A model generated the notes under the pieces. The model did not search any database, was not told the DNA's origin, and saw only the letters and a program-made list of their open reading frames with translations. Below are positions 1 through 12,343 of a DNA stretch of 32,000 nucleotides, piece after piece. Source of the stretch: Mycobacterium sp. (GTDB taxonomy: Bacteria > Actinomycetota > Actinomycetes > Mycobacteriales > Mycobacteriaceae); assembly GCA_035721065.1 (NCBI GenBank), contig DASTNJ010000031.1, forward strand, positions 32,368 through 64,367, written 5' to 3'. Made by a program: the position numbers and the translations under genes. Position 1 is the stretch's first letter; each line of letters opens with the position of its first letter.

Positions 1-2791
<2,791 letters not shown>

Positions 2792-2820
<29 letters not shown>

Positions 2821-3361
2821 GTCCTGGGTCGAGACGGCACAGCCACGCGGCGAGACCGCCGCGCTGGTGGCGGTGCAGTCGGCGCTGACCGACCGGCCCG
2901 GCGTGCTGCCGGCGGCGCGGGCCATGTCGCACTTCGGCGAGCACAGCCTCGGCTGGCTGGCCCTCGCGGCGGCCGGCGCCCTGGCCCAGCCGCGGCGGCG
3001 GCGGACCTGGCTGCTGGCCGGTGCCGGGACGCTGGCCGCGCACGCGGCCGCGGTGGCGATCAAACGGGTGGTGCGCCGGGAGCGGCCGCAGCACCCGGCG
3101 GTCGCGGTCGGCGTGGGAACGCCGAGCCGGCTGAGCTTCCCGTCGGCGCACGCCACGTCCACCACCGCGGCGGCGATCCTGCTCGGCCGCGCGGTGGGAC
3201 TGCCGGCCCTGACGCTGCCCGCGCTGCTGGTGCCGCCGATGGCGCTGTCCCGGATGGTGCTCGGCGTGCACTACCCCAGCGACGTGGTCACCGGTGTCGC
3301 GGTGGGCGCCGCAGTGGCCGGCGCCGCGATCCGGTTGGATAGCGACGGGGGGCGTCGATGA
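2792..3361 (+). CDS. PAP2-family phosphatase, Rv3807c-like (decaprenylphosphoryl-5-phosphoribose phosphatase candidate)
   Basis: All three PAP2 motifs are present: KRVVRRERP, SFPSAHA and SRMVLGVHYPSDV. Its position between glfT2 and ubiA equals that of Rv3807c. The start is uncertain (GTG 2768, ATG 2792, GTG 2801/2807), and all candidates overlap the glfT2 3' end. Confidence 0.75.
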
Positions 3362-3380
3362 GTGGGATTTGGGTGACGCA

Positions 3381-4283
3381 GTGACTTCACAACCCGGACC
3401 GCCGTCCAACCTGGCCGTCGGCGTCGTCAAGGCGCTGCGGCCGCGCCAGTGGGTGAAGAACGTCCTGGTGCTGGCCGCCCCGCTGGCCGCGCTGGGCAGT
3501 GGCGTGCACTACGACTACGCCGACGTGCTGGTCAAGTCGCTGATCGCGGTCGGGGTGTTCTGCCTGGCCGCGTCGTCGATCTACCTGGTGAACGACGCCC
3601 GCGACGTCGAGGCCGACCGCGCGCACCCGACCAAGCGGTTCCGCCCGATCGCCGCCGGCGTGGTTCCGCCGTGGCTGGCCTACACGCTGGCGGCGCTGCT
3701 CGCCGCGGTCTCCCTGGGCGTGTCGTGGTGGCTGACTCCGAACCTGGCCCTGGTGATGGCGATCTACCTGGTCCTGCAACTGGCCTACTGCTTCGGCCTG
3801 AAGCACCAGGCGGTGATCGACATCTCGATCAACACGTCGGGGTTCCTGCTGCGGGCCATCGCCGGCGGCGTCGCGGCCGGCATCCCGCTGTCGCAATGGT
3901 TCCTGCTGGTGATGGCGTTCGGGTCGATGTTCATGGCGGCCGGCAAGCGTTACGCCGAACTGCAGCTCGCCGAGAGCACCGGGGCCAAGATCCGCAAGGC
4001 GCTGGAGAACTACACCGGCACCTACCTGCGGTTCGTCTGGACGATGTCGGCCACCGCGGCAGTGGTCTGCTACAGCCTGTTCGCGTTCGAGCGCGACCAC
4101 GGCTCCGGCTCCTGGTACGCGGTGTCGATCATCCCGATCGCCATCGGGCTGCTGCGGTACGCCGTCGACGTCGACGGCGGCATGGCCGGCGAGCCCGAGG
4201 ACGTGCTGCGGCGGGACCGGGTGCTGCAACTGCTGGCGCTGGCCTGGATCGGAACCATCGGTGCTGCCGTCGCTTTCGGCTAG
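3381..4283 (+). CDS. ubiA: Decaprenyl-phosphate 5-phosphoribosyltransferase (DPPR synthase, UbiA family)
   Basis: GTG 3381 gives VTSQPGPPSNLAVGVVKALRPRQWVKNVLVLAAPLAALG..., colinear with the remembered Rv3806c (302 aa; 300 aa here). It has the UbiA Asp-rich motif YLVNDARDVEADRAHPTKRFRPIA, is polytopic and hydrophobic, and has the C-terminus LALAWIGTIGAAVAFG. The track start at 3294 would overlap the upstream gene by 68 nt. Confidence 0.9.
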   Translation: MTSQPGPPSNLAVGVVKALRPRQWVKNVLVLAAPLAALGSGVHYDYADVLVKSLIAVGVFCLAASSIYLVNDARDVEADRAHPTKRFRPIAAGVVPPWLAYTLAALLAAVSLGVSWWLTPNLALVMAIYLVLQLAYCFGLKHQAVIDISINTSGFLLRAIAGGVAAGIPLSQWFLLVMAFGSMFMAAGKRYAELQLAESTGAKIRKALENYTGTYLRFVWTMSATAAVVCYSLFAFERDHGSGSWYAVSIIPIAIGLLRYAVDVDGGMAGEPEDVLRRDRVLQLLALAWIGTIGAAVAFG

Positions 4284-4290
4284 CCCGCGG

Positions 4291-6291
4291 GTGCGGGCGG
4301 TGGCGCGGGCCGGCGAGGTCCGCCAGATCAGCCTGCTGACGAGTGTGGCGGTGACCGCGGTGCTGTTCGGCTGGGGCGCCTGGCAGCGGCGGTGGATCTC
4401 CGACGACGGGCTGATCGTGCTGCGCACCGTGCGCAACCTGCTGGCCGGCAACGGGCCGGTGTTCAACGCCGGCGAACGGGTGGAGGCCAACACCTCGGCG
4501 GCCTGGACCTACCTGATGTACCTGAGCTGCTGGCTGGGCGGGCCGATGCGGACGGAGTACATGGCACTGGCCGTCGCGCTGATCCTCAGTGTGCTCGGCA
4601 TCGTGCTGGTGATGCTGGGCACCGCCCGGCTGTACGCGCCCGGGCTGCGGGGCCGAAGCGCGTTGCTGCTGCCGGCCGGGGCGCTGGCCTACATCGCGCT
4701 GCCGCCCGCACGCGACTTCGCGACGTCCGGACTGGAGAACGGCCTGGTGCTGGCCTACCTGGGCCTGCTCTGGCTGATGCTGGTGCACTGGGCCCAGACG
4801 CCGGTGCCGATCACGCCGGCCCGGCCGGTGCCGGCCCGCCGGTGGGTGTTCATCGGCTCGCTGGCCTTCGTCGCCGGGCTCAGCGTGCTGGTGCGGCCCG
4901 AGCTGGCGCTGATCGGCGGGGGCGCGCTGATCATGCTGCTGCTCGCGGTCCGCGGCTGGCGGGCCCGGGGGCTGGTGGTGGTGGCCGGCGGGCTGGTCCC
5001 GGTGGCCTATCAGGTGTTCCGGATGGGCTACTACGCGCTGCTGGTGCCCGGCACCGCGCTGGCCAAGGACGCGGCCGGCGACAAGTGGTCGCAGGGGATG
5101 ATCTACCTGGCCAACTTCAACGCGCCCTACTCGCTGTGGGTGCCGGCCGTGCTGCTGACGGTGCTCGGGCTGCTGCTGGCGGTCGCGGTGGGACGTCAGC
5201 GGTCGGCGCGCAGCCTGCCGCCGGCCGGTTTCCGCCGCGTCAGCCGGGGAGTGCAGCGCCCGGCAGTGGTGGTGTGGTTCATGGTGGCCAGCGGCCTGCT
5301 GCAGGGGGCCTACTGGGTTCGGCAGGGCGGCGACTTCATGCACGCCCGCGTGCTGCTGGTGCCGCTGTTCTGTGTGCTGGCCCCGGTGGCCGTCATCCCG
5401 GTGCTGTTGCCCAGCGGCGACCGGCTCTCCCGGGACGCCCAGTACTGGCTGGCCGGGACGGTCGGCGCGCTGTGGCTCGGCACCGCCGGCTGGGCGCTGT
5501 GGGCGGCGAACTCGCCGGGCATGGGCGCCGACGGAACCCGGGTCACCTACTCGGGCATCGTCGACGAACGGCGGTTCTACTCGCAGGCCACCGGCCAGGC
5601 GCACCCGCTGACCGCCGCCGACTACCTGGACTACCCGCGGATGCGCGCGGTGCTGACCACGATCAACAACACCCCGCAGGGTGCGCTGCTGCTGCCGTCG
5701 GGCAACTACGACCAGTGGGACCTGGTGCCGGCCATCCTGCCGGTGCCGCCGATGCCCGGCACCCCGCCGAACCCGGACCCGGATGGCACCGGCCCGCACA
5801 CGGTGTTCTTCACCAACCTCGGCATGCTGGGCATGAACACCGGCCTCGACGTGCGGGTGCTGGACCAGATCGGGCTGGTCAATCCGCTCGCGGCGCACAC
5901 CGACCGGGTGCAGCACGCCCGGATCGGGCACGACAAGGACATCTTCCCGGACTGGATCATCGCCGACGGCCCGTGGGTGAAGTGGTATCCGGGCATTCCG
6001 GGCTACCTGGAGCAGCAGTGGGTGGCCGAGGCTCAGGCGGCGCTGAGCTGCCCGGCCACCGACGCGGTGCTGCACTCGGTCCGCGCCCCGCTGGGCGTGC
6101 ACCTGTTCATCTCGAACTTCCTGCACGCCGCCACCTTCACCAAATACCGGATCGACCGGGTGCCGCGCTACGAGCTGATCCGGTGCGGGCTCGACGTGCC
6201 CGAACTGCCCCCGCCGCCGGAGGGGCAGCCGGGCTCTGCCGCCGGCCCCGGCCAGGGGCCCTACACGGGGCTGCCGGCCGAAGGCCCCTGA
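4291..6291 (+). CDS. aftB: Terminal beta-(1->2)-arabinofuranosyltransferase AftB (GT-C)
   Basis: Colinear with the remembered Rv3805c. Shared stretches include AVLFGWGAWQRRWISDDGLIVLRTVRNLLAGNGPVFNAGERVEANTS, ARDFATSGLENGLVLAYLGLLW, QGGDFMHARVLLVPLFCVLAPVAVIPVLLP, VTYSGIVDERRFY and HARIGHDKDIFPDWIIADGPWVKWYPGIPGYLEQQW. The start is ambiguous (GTG 4261, 4291 or 4300). The C-terminus is a Pro/Gly-rich tail. Confidence 0.88.
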   Translation: MRAVARAGEVRQISLLTSVAVTAVLFGWGAWQRRWISDDGLIVLRTVRNLLAGNGPVFNAGERVEANTSAAWTYLMYLSCWLGGPMRTEYMALAVALILSVLGIVLVMLGTARLYAPGLRGRSALLLPAGALAYIALPPARDFATSGLENGLVLAYLGLLWLMLVHWAQTPVPITPARPVPARRWVFIGSLAFVAGLSVLVRPELALIGGGALIMLLLAVRGWRARGLVVVAGGLVPVAYQVFRMGYYALLVPGTALAKDAAGDKWSQGMIYLANFNAPYSLWVPAVLLTVLGLLLAVAVGRQRSARSLPPAGFRRVSRGVQRPAVVVWFMVASGLLQGAYWVRQGGDFMHARVLLVPLFCVLAPVAVIPVLLPSGDRLSRDAQYWLAGTVGALWLGTAGWALWAANSPGMGADGTRVTYSGIVDERRFYSQATGQAHPLTAADYLDYPRMRAVLTTINNTPQGALLLPSGNYDQWDLVPAILPVPPMPGTPPNPDPDGTGPHTVFFTNLGMLGMNTGLDVRVLDQIGLVNPLAAHTDRVQHARIGHDKDIFPDWIIADGPWVKWYPGIPGYLEQQWVAEAQAALSCPATDAVLHSVRAPLGVHLFISNFLHAATFTKYRIDRVPRYELIRCGLDVPELPPPPEGQPGSAAGPGQGPYTGLPAEGP

Positions 6292-6292
6292 G

Positions 6293-6349
6293 CAGCGGTT
6301 ACCCCAGTCGCTCGTCGTCGCGCCCGGATGAGAACCGCTGAGGTTTTCC
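6293..6349 (+). terminator. Weak candidate terminator after aftB
   Basis: CAGCGGTT (6293-6300) pairs with AACCGCTG (6333-6340), followed by AGGTTTTCC. The 32-nt loop is large, so this call is tentative. Confidence 0.25.
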
Positions 6350-6439
6350 GACAACAGATTTCGACCAAAGTGCTGCGCCGCAAAAACCTGTGGGTTTACT
6401 GTATGCCTACTTAATCGACTCAGTGGCGAGCAGGCGGGG

Positions 6440-8530
6440 GTGCCGGCCATGGCCCATCGGCGGAGCGCGAAAACTCATCGACGGTCCGGCCCGGCCGCGC
6501 CGCGCCGTTCCCGGCGGGTGGTCGGTCTCGGCGGCGCGATCAGCGCCTTCCTGACATTCGGGGTGGCGCCGGTGGCCGACCTGCCGAAAGCGCGCGCCGA
6601 CGAGTTCGACCAGATCTTCGACCAGGTGCTGGACGCGCTGAACAGCGCCGACGCCGCGCCGGGGGCGACCGCCGCGCTCGACGCGGGCGGTGTGGCTGCG
6701 GTGAATCCGTTTGCCGCGTTGGTGGATGGGTTGGAGCGGGATTGGCTGGCCAGTTCGGTGGGCCAGCAGCTGGATGGGGTGTTGAATGCGGGGTTTGGGC
6801 AGGCTGATCCGGGTGCGGTGACGGCTGCGGGGGCGTGTGGGTGGATCTGTGATGGTGCCAACGGGGTGGGGGGTGGTTCGCTGGCGGCCGCCGAAGGTCA
6901 GGGTGGCGGGTTGTTGTTCGGCAATGGCGGCAATGGTGCCACCGATGCGGCCGGTGTTGGTGGTGCCGGTGGTGATGGCGGGTTGTGGTTCGGCAATGGC
7001 GGTAACGGGGGTGCCGGGGCGGCGGGGGCCGATGGCGCGGACGGGTCGGCGGGGTCGGCCGGTGGTGCCGGGGCTGTTGGGGGTGCCGGCGGGGCCGGTG
7101 GTGATGCGACCGGGTTGTTCAGCAGCGGCGGTGATGGTGGTGCCGGCGGTGTCGGCGGTGCTGGCGGGACCGGGGGCGCGGGCGGGCCCGGTGAGGCGGG
7201 CGGGTCCGGCGGGTCCAGCGGGGCCGGCGGCGCCGGGGGTGCTGGTGGTTCGGGTGGCGTGTTGGGTCATGCCGGGGCTGACGGGGCCGCTGGCGGGTCC
7301 GGGCAGAGCGGTGGTGGTGGCGCGGGTGGGGGTGAGGTCGGGGCGACCGGTCCGGTGGGGGCGACGGGTCCGGCGGGGCCGGCCGGGGCGACCGGTGTGG
7401 CCGGTGATACCGGGGCGACGGGTCCGGTGGGGGCGACCGGGGCGACCGGTGTGGCCGGTGATACCGGGGCGACGGGTCCGGCCGGGGCGACCGGGGCGAC
7501 GGGGGCGACGGGTCCGGCTGGGGCGACGGGTCCGGCCGGGGCGACCGGCCCGACCGGCCCGGCCGGCCCGACCGGGCCGACCGGTCCAACCGGCCCGCCG
7601 CCGACCCCGAGCGTGGGCACCACCATCACGCCGAGCCCCTCGACCACCAGCTTCCTGGGCGGCGATGCGGCGAGCCCGACCGCCGTCTACGTCGTGGACG
7701 GTGGCTTCGGCAGCCTGCTGGTGATCCCCACCACGGGCCAATTCGCCAACACCGTCCATGACACCATCGCCATCGACCCCACCACGTCGGATTACGAACC
7801 AGCAGACGTGGCGGTCAGTCCCGCAACCGGCGGCGACGTATACGTCACCAACGACAACATCGTCAACCCGACGGCCGACGGCACGGTCTCGGTGATCGAC
7901 CCCTCCACGAATGCGGTCATCGCCACCATCCCCGTCGGCGTCGATCCGCAGGGCGTGGCGGTGAGCCCGGAAACCGGAAACGACGTCTACGTCGTCAACG
8001 AAAATCCCGGCGGCACCGGGTCGGTCTCGGTGATCGACCCCGCCACCGACAACGTCGTCGCCACCATCCCCGTCGGCAGCGGGCCGACCAGCGTGGCGAT
8101 GGGCTCCAACGGCGATGCCTACGTCGCCAACACCGGGGGCAACGTGTCGGTGATCGACACCGCCACCAACACGGTGGTCGCCACCCTCGCCGTCCCGCTC
8201 CCGAACGGTGTGGCGGTGGGCCCCAACGGCGACGTCTACGTGGCCGCCGGCGACGCGGTGGTGTTCTCCAACGGCACCGTCACCGCCACCATCCCGGTCG
8301 GCACCACCCCATTCGGCGTGGCGGTGAGCCCCACCGGCGACTACGTCTATGTCACCAACAACGGCAGCGACAACGTATCGGTGATCGACCCGTCCAACGA
8401 CACGGTCGTCGTCACTCTCCCCGTCGGCCAGTCACCGGAGGGTGTGGCGGTGGTTCCCAGCGGCAGCGCAGCCGGCTACACCTACGTCGTCAACGTCGGC
8501 AGCGACACGGTGACGGCGATCAAGCCTTAG
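6440..8530 (+). CDS. Secreted mosaic protein: signal peptide + PGRS-like Gly-rich domain + collagen-like triple-helix repeat + YVTN-type beta-propeller
   Basis: 696-aa ORF starting at GTG 6440, or at ATG 6449 which has GCGGGGG 8 nt upstream. The N-terminus is basic (RRSRRVV), followed by a hydrophobic core ([18 protein letters not shown]) and an ARA|DE cleavage-like site. Then come a Gly-rich block, 30 G-X-Y triplets, a T/S/P linker and about 7 repeats of about 40 aa. Strong GC3 bias runs throughout this frame. Confidence 0.8.
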   Translation: MPAMAHRRSAKTHRRSGPAAPRRSRRVVGLGGAISAFLTFGVAPVADLPKARADEFDQIFDQVLDALNSADAAPGATAALDAGGVAAVNPFAALVDGLERDWLASSVGQQLDGVLNAGFGQADPGAVTAAGACGWICDGANGVGGGSLAAAEGQGGGLLFGNGGNGATDAAGVGGAGGDGGLWFGNGGNGGAGAAGADGADGSAGSAGGAGAVGGAGGAGGDATGLFSSGGDGGAGGVGGAGGTGGAGGPGEAGGSGGSSGAGGAGGAGGSGGVLGHAGADGAAGGSGQSGGGGAGGGEVGATGPVGATGPAGPAGATGVAGDTGATGPVGATGATGVAGDTGATGPAGATGATGATGPAGATGPAGATGPTGPAGPTGPTGPTGPPPTPSVGTTITPSPSTTSFLGGDAASPTAVYVVDGGFGSLLVIPTTGQFANTVHDTIAIDPTTSDYEPADVAVSPATGGDVYVTNDNIVNPTADGTVSVIDPSTNAVIATIPVGVDPQGVAVSPETGNDVYVVNENPGGTGSVSVIDPATDNVVATIPVGSGPTSVAMGSNGDAYVANTGGNVSVIDTATNTVVATLAVPLPNGVAVGPNGDVYVAAGDAVVFSNGTVTATIPVGTTPFGVAVSPTGDYVYVTNNGSDNVSVIDPSNDTVVVTLPVGQSPEGVAVVPSGSAAGYTYVVNVGSDTVTAIKP
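6860..7330 (+). repeat. PGRS-like polymorphic Gly-rich coding block (no PE domain upstream)
   Basis: About aa 141-297. It contains [43 protein letters not shown] and runs of GGAGG/GGSGG/GGTGG, which is the motif grammar of PE_PGRS C-terminal domains as I remember it. Confidence 0.65.
7331..7600 (+). repeat. Collagen-like region, 30 uninterrupted G-X-Y triplets
   Basis: I counted [90 protein letters not shown]. This is in frame with ORF 6440 (7331-6440 = 891 = 297 codons). Confidence 0.85.
7385..7492 (+). repeat. 54-bp tandem duplication inside the collagen-like region (52/54 identical)
   Basis: 7385-7438 and 7439-7492 are both GGGGCGACCGGTGTGGCCGGTGATACCGGGGCGACGGGTCCGG followed by TGGGGGCGACC or CCGGGGCGACC. 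The period is 18 codons. Confidence 0.9.
7682..8527 (+). repeat. About 7 YVTN-family beta-propeller repeats (coding)
   Basis: A recurring unit of about 40 aa, for example [74 protein letters not shown] and [30 protein letters not shown]. It matches the 40-residue YVTN repeat pattern from memory. Confidence 0.75.
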
Positions 8531-8720
8531 CTGGGTGGCGGCCGTCGCGGCGGTCGGGACGTAGCGGCCGGCCCCGGAAATGTGACGTACACCGCAGACC
8601 GGCGCGCCGGGCGCCGCCGCCGACCAGCCTGACCTGCGACGACGCTCATCGGTGTTGTCCAGATCACCGCGGAATCCGCTGGCCAGGGCCGTCCGGGAAC
8701 CGTTTATGGCAGATCGGTAA

Positions 8721-9842
<1,122 letters not shown>

Positions 9843-9873
9843 TCTTCGGCCTCTTTCGGCCTCGGCTAGAGCA

Positions 9874-9920
9874 AACAGTCAACGGCGGTGACCCTCGCGG
9901 TCGCCGCCGTTGACTGTTTC
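9874..9920 (+). terminator. Hairpin terminator after fbpA
   Basis: AAACAGTCAACGGCGGTGAC (9874-9893) pairs with GTCGCCGCCGTTGACTGTTT (9901-9920). The stem is 20 bp with one G-U pair and a 7-nt loop, and the right arm ends in TGTTT followed by CC. It sits 32 nt after the fbpA stop. Confidence 0.6.
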
Positions 9921-9996
9921 CTACGTCCGGCCTGCCGGGGTGTGATTGACTACCGGACAGGTACGAGTCGGCCGGTTGGATGAAGTGAGGCTTGGT

Positions 9997-10899
9997 ATGA
10001 GAGGGCTGTCGATGCTGCTGCGCACGCTGTGCGCCGTCGTGCTGACCCTGGGCATGTGGGGGACGGGCGTTTCGGTGGGGCGGGTCGGTACCGCCCACGG
10101 CGCGGAGTTCGAAAATCTGATGGTGCCGTCGCCGTCGATGGGCCGGGACATCCCGGTCGCCTTCATGGGCGGCGGACCGCACGCGGTGTATCTGCTGGAC
10201 GCGTTCAACGCCGCCCCGGAGCTGAGCAACTGGGTGACCGCGGGCAACGCGATGAACACGCTGGCCGGCAAGGGCCTGTCGGTGGTCGCCCCGGCCGGCG
10301 GCGCCTACAGCATGTACACCAACTGGGAGAAGGACCAGAACAAGCAGTGGGACACGTTCCTGGGCACTGAGCTGCCGGACTGGCTGGCGGCCAACAAGGG
10401 CCTGGCCCCCGGCGGCCACGCGGTGGTGGGCGCCTCGCAGGGCGGCTACGGCGCGATGGCGCTGGCCTGCTTCCACCCGGACCGGTTCGGCTTCGCCGGC
10501 TCGCTGTCGGGCTTCCTCTACCCGGCCGAGACCACCGAGACCGGTGTCATCAACGACGCGCTGCAGCGCTACGGCGGCCTGGAGCCGTACGGCATGTGGG
10601 GCTCGGCGACGCTCGGCCGGTGGAAGTGGCACGACCCGAACCAACACGTCCAGCTGCTGGCATCGAACAACACCCGGCTGTGGGTGTACTCGCCGATGGG
10701 CCCGACCCCCGACATGGAGGCGATGATGGGCAACCCGGCCGAGGCGGCCGGTAGCGCGCGGTTCTTCTACAAGCACTACCGCGAGGTCCGCGGCCACAAC
10801 GGACACTGGGAGTTCCCGCCCGACGGGGAGAACGGCTGGGGTGGCTGGAGCCAGCAGCTGGTCGCCATGACGCCGGACATCATCGGCGCCATCCGCTAG
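9997..10899 (+). CDS. fbpD: Antigen 85-related protein FbpD / MPT51 homologue
   Basis: ATG 9997 has GTGAGG 6 nt upstream. FENLMVPSPSMGRDIPVAFMGGGPHAVYLLDAFNAAPELSNWVTAGNAMNTLAGKGLSVVAPAGGAYSMYTNWE and the C-terminus GDIIGAIR-like PDIIGAIR are colinear with the remembered Rv3803c (299 aa; 300 aa here). Confidence 0.9.
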   Translation: MRGLSMLLRTLCAVVLTLGMWGTGVSVGRVGTAHGAEFENLMVPSPSMGRDIPVAFMGGGPHAVYLLDAFNAAPELSNWVTAGNAMNTLAGKGLSVVAPAGGAYSMYTNWEKDQNKQWDTFLGTELPDWLAANKGLAPGGHAVVGASQGGYGAMALACFHPDRFGFAGSLSGFLYPAETTETGVINDALQRYGGLEPYGMWGSATLGRWKWHDPNQHVQLLASNNTRLWVYSPMGPTPDMEAMMGNPAEAAGSARFFYKHYREVRGHNGHWEFPPDGENGWGGWSQQLVAMTPDIIGAIR

Positions 10900-11080
10900 C
10901 TCGTCCGTTTGGCGCGGCGCGGGGGTGCGTTCGTCCTGCGTCTGCGGCGGTGATCCGGCGGCTGCGGCGTCCATCCTGCGCTGACGGCGCCGATCCTGGA
11001 TCAGCGGTGAGGCCCGCTCGCACTTCTGGGCCCTGAGCGCAGGGTCAACGGCGGAATAGGCAGCCGGTACGGTGAAGAAC

Positions 11081-11152
11081 GCGATCGCAGGGTTCCCGGC
11101 GATCGCGGCAATTCCGGCGATCGCGGCAATTCCAGCGATCCCCGCTATTCCC
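11081..11152. repeat. Four tandem 18-bp repeats in the culp6 5' region
   Basis: The four units are GCGATCGCAGGGTTCCCG, GCGATCGCGGCAATTCCG, GCGATCGCGGCAATTCCA and GCGATCCCCGCTATTCCC. Three units begin with the 8-bp palindrome GCGATCGC. The array ends 29 nt before ATG 11181. Confidence 0.85.
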
Positions 11153-11180
11153 GAGCCCCCGACACCGCCGGCAGGAGAAG

Positions 11181-12335
11181 ATGGCCAAGCAGCCCCCCAG
11201 TTCCCCGCGCAGCAACGGGGCCAAGGCCAGCAACGGCGCCAAGGGCAGCAACGGCGCTAAAGGCGCCAAGGGCTCGCGTAGCTGGGGCGGTGCCCGCGGC
11301 TCGGGCGGCACCCGCCGCCCCAGAGCGTCCCGCATGTCCCAGCGGCGGCGCCGCCGCATCCTGGCCTGGAGCGCGGCCGCGGCGATGGCCGTGGTGGTCG
11401 CGGTGGCCGTGGCCGCGGTAGTGGTGCTGATCCGCCGCCCCGAGGCTCCGTCGGGCCCGGAGGAGCCGCAGGCGGTGCCGCCGAGCGGTGCGGTACCGCA
11501 TCCGAAGAAACCCCGGCCGGAGTTCCAGAACGCCAGCTGCCCGGATGTGCAACTGGTGTCGGTGCCCGGAACCTGGGAGTCGTCGCCCACCGACAACCCG
11601 CTCAACCCGACCGAGTTCCCGCGCGGGTTGCTGCTCAACGTCACCCGGCCGATGACCGACCAGTTCGACGCCGGGCGGCTGCAGGCCTACACCGTCCCCT
11701 ACATCGCCCAGTTCCACAACCCGTTCGCCGCCGACAACCAGGTGAGCTACAACGACAGTCGGGCCCAGGGCACCGCGGCCACGGTCAAGGCGATGACCGA
11801 GATGAACGAGAGGTGCCCGCTCACCTCCTACGTGCTGGTGGGGTTCTCGCAGGGCGCGGTGATCGCCGGTGATGTGGCCAGCGACATCGGCAACGGCCGC
11901 GGGCCGGTCGACGAGGACCTGGTGCTGGGCGTGACGCTGATCGCCGACGGCCGGCGGGAGCCCGAGGTTGGCAACGACGTCCCGCCGAGCCCGCCCGGCC
12001 AGGGTCTGGAGATCACCCTGCACGAGCTGCCGATGCTGTCCGGGCTGGGGCTCACCATGACCGGCCCGCGCGAGGGCGGCTTCGGTGAGCTGAACAAGCG
12101 CAGCAACGAGATCTGCGCTCCCGGCGACATGATCTGCGCCGCCCCGCTGGGCGCGTTCGACATCAGCAAGCTGATGGACACCTTCGGGGTGCTGGCCGGC
12201 GGTGCCGGGCAACCGGTGCACGCGATGTACGCCACCACCGACTTCTGGGACCACGACGGGGAGTCGGCGACGCAGTGGACGCTGAACTGGGCGCACGGCG
12301 TGGTGGACAATGCGCCGCATCCGAAGCACGGGTGA
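11181..12335 (+). CDS. culp6: Cutinase-like serine esterase/phospholipase, Rv3802c (Culp6) homologue, membrane-anchored
   Basis: AGGAGA lies 5 nt upstream of ATG 11181. The protein starts MAK, has a basic tail and a TM helix ([25 protein letters not shown]), then continues [74 protein letters not shown] (GFSQG nucleophile) and QPVHAMYAT...[18 protein letters not shown]. It is colinear with the remembered Rv3802c (336 aa) apart from an N-terminal insertion. Confidence 0.9.
   Translation: MAKQPPSSPRSNGAKASNGAKGSNGAKGAKGSRSWGGARGSGGTRRPRASRMSQRRRRRILAWSAAAAMAVVVAVAVAAVVVLIRRPEAPSGPEEPQAVPPSGAVPHPKKPRPEFQNASCPDVQLVSVPGTWESSPTDNPLNPTEFPRGLLLNVTRPMTDQFDAGRLQAYTVPYIAQFHNPFAADNQVSYNDSRAQGTAATVKAMTEMNERCPLTSYVLVGFSQGAVIAGDVASDIGNGRGPVDEDLVLGVTLIADGRREPEVGNDVPPSPPGQGLEITLHELPMLSGLGLTMTGPREGGFGELNKRSNEICAPGDMICAAPLGAFDISKLMDTFGVLAGGAGQPVHAMYATTDFWDHDGESATQWTLNWAHGVVDNAPHPKHG
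11211..11273 (+). repeat. In-frame 18-bp tandem repeat ([21 protein letters not shown]) in the culp6 N-terminal tail
   Basis: The units are AGCAACGGGGCCAAGGCC, AGCAACGGCGCCAAGGGC and AGCAACGGCGCTAAAGGC, followed by a partial GCCAAGGGC. Confidence 0.8.
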
Positions 12336-12343
12336 GGGGCGGA

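Noticed and set aside
4129-6450. 773-aa - strand ORF and the 649-aa + strand alternative-frame ORF (4392-6341)
   Set aside because: They overlap aftB, whose frame shows the conserved GT-C sequence. The alternative frames are RGAP-rich artefacts.
6407-7759. 450-aa - strand ORF with striking [10 protein letters not shown] repeats
   Set aside because: It is the mirror image of the Gly-rich and collagen-like repeats on the + strand. The + frame continues into a well-formed beta-propeller domain and has a signal peptide, so the - strand periodicity is a by-product.
11072-11260. 62-aa ORF translating the 18-bp repeats as [24 protein letters not shown]
   Set aside because: It has no RBS, is out of frame with culp6 and overlaps the culp6 start. 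Its periodicity is simply the tandem DNA repeat, so it is more likely a non-coding promoter-region repeat.
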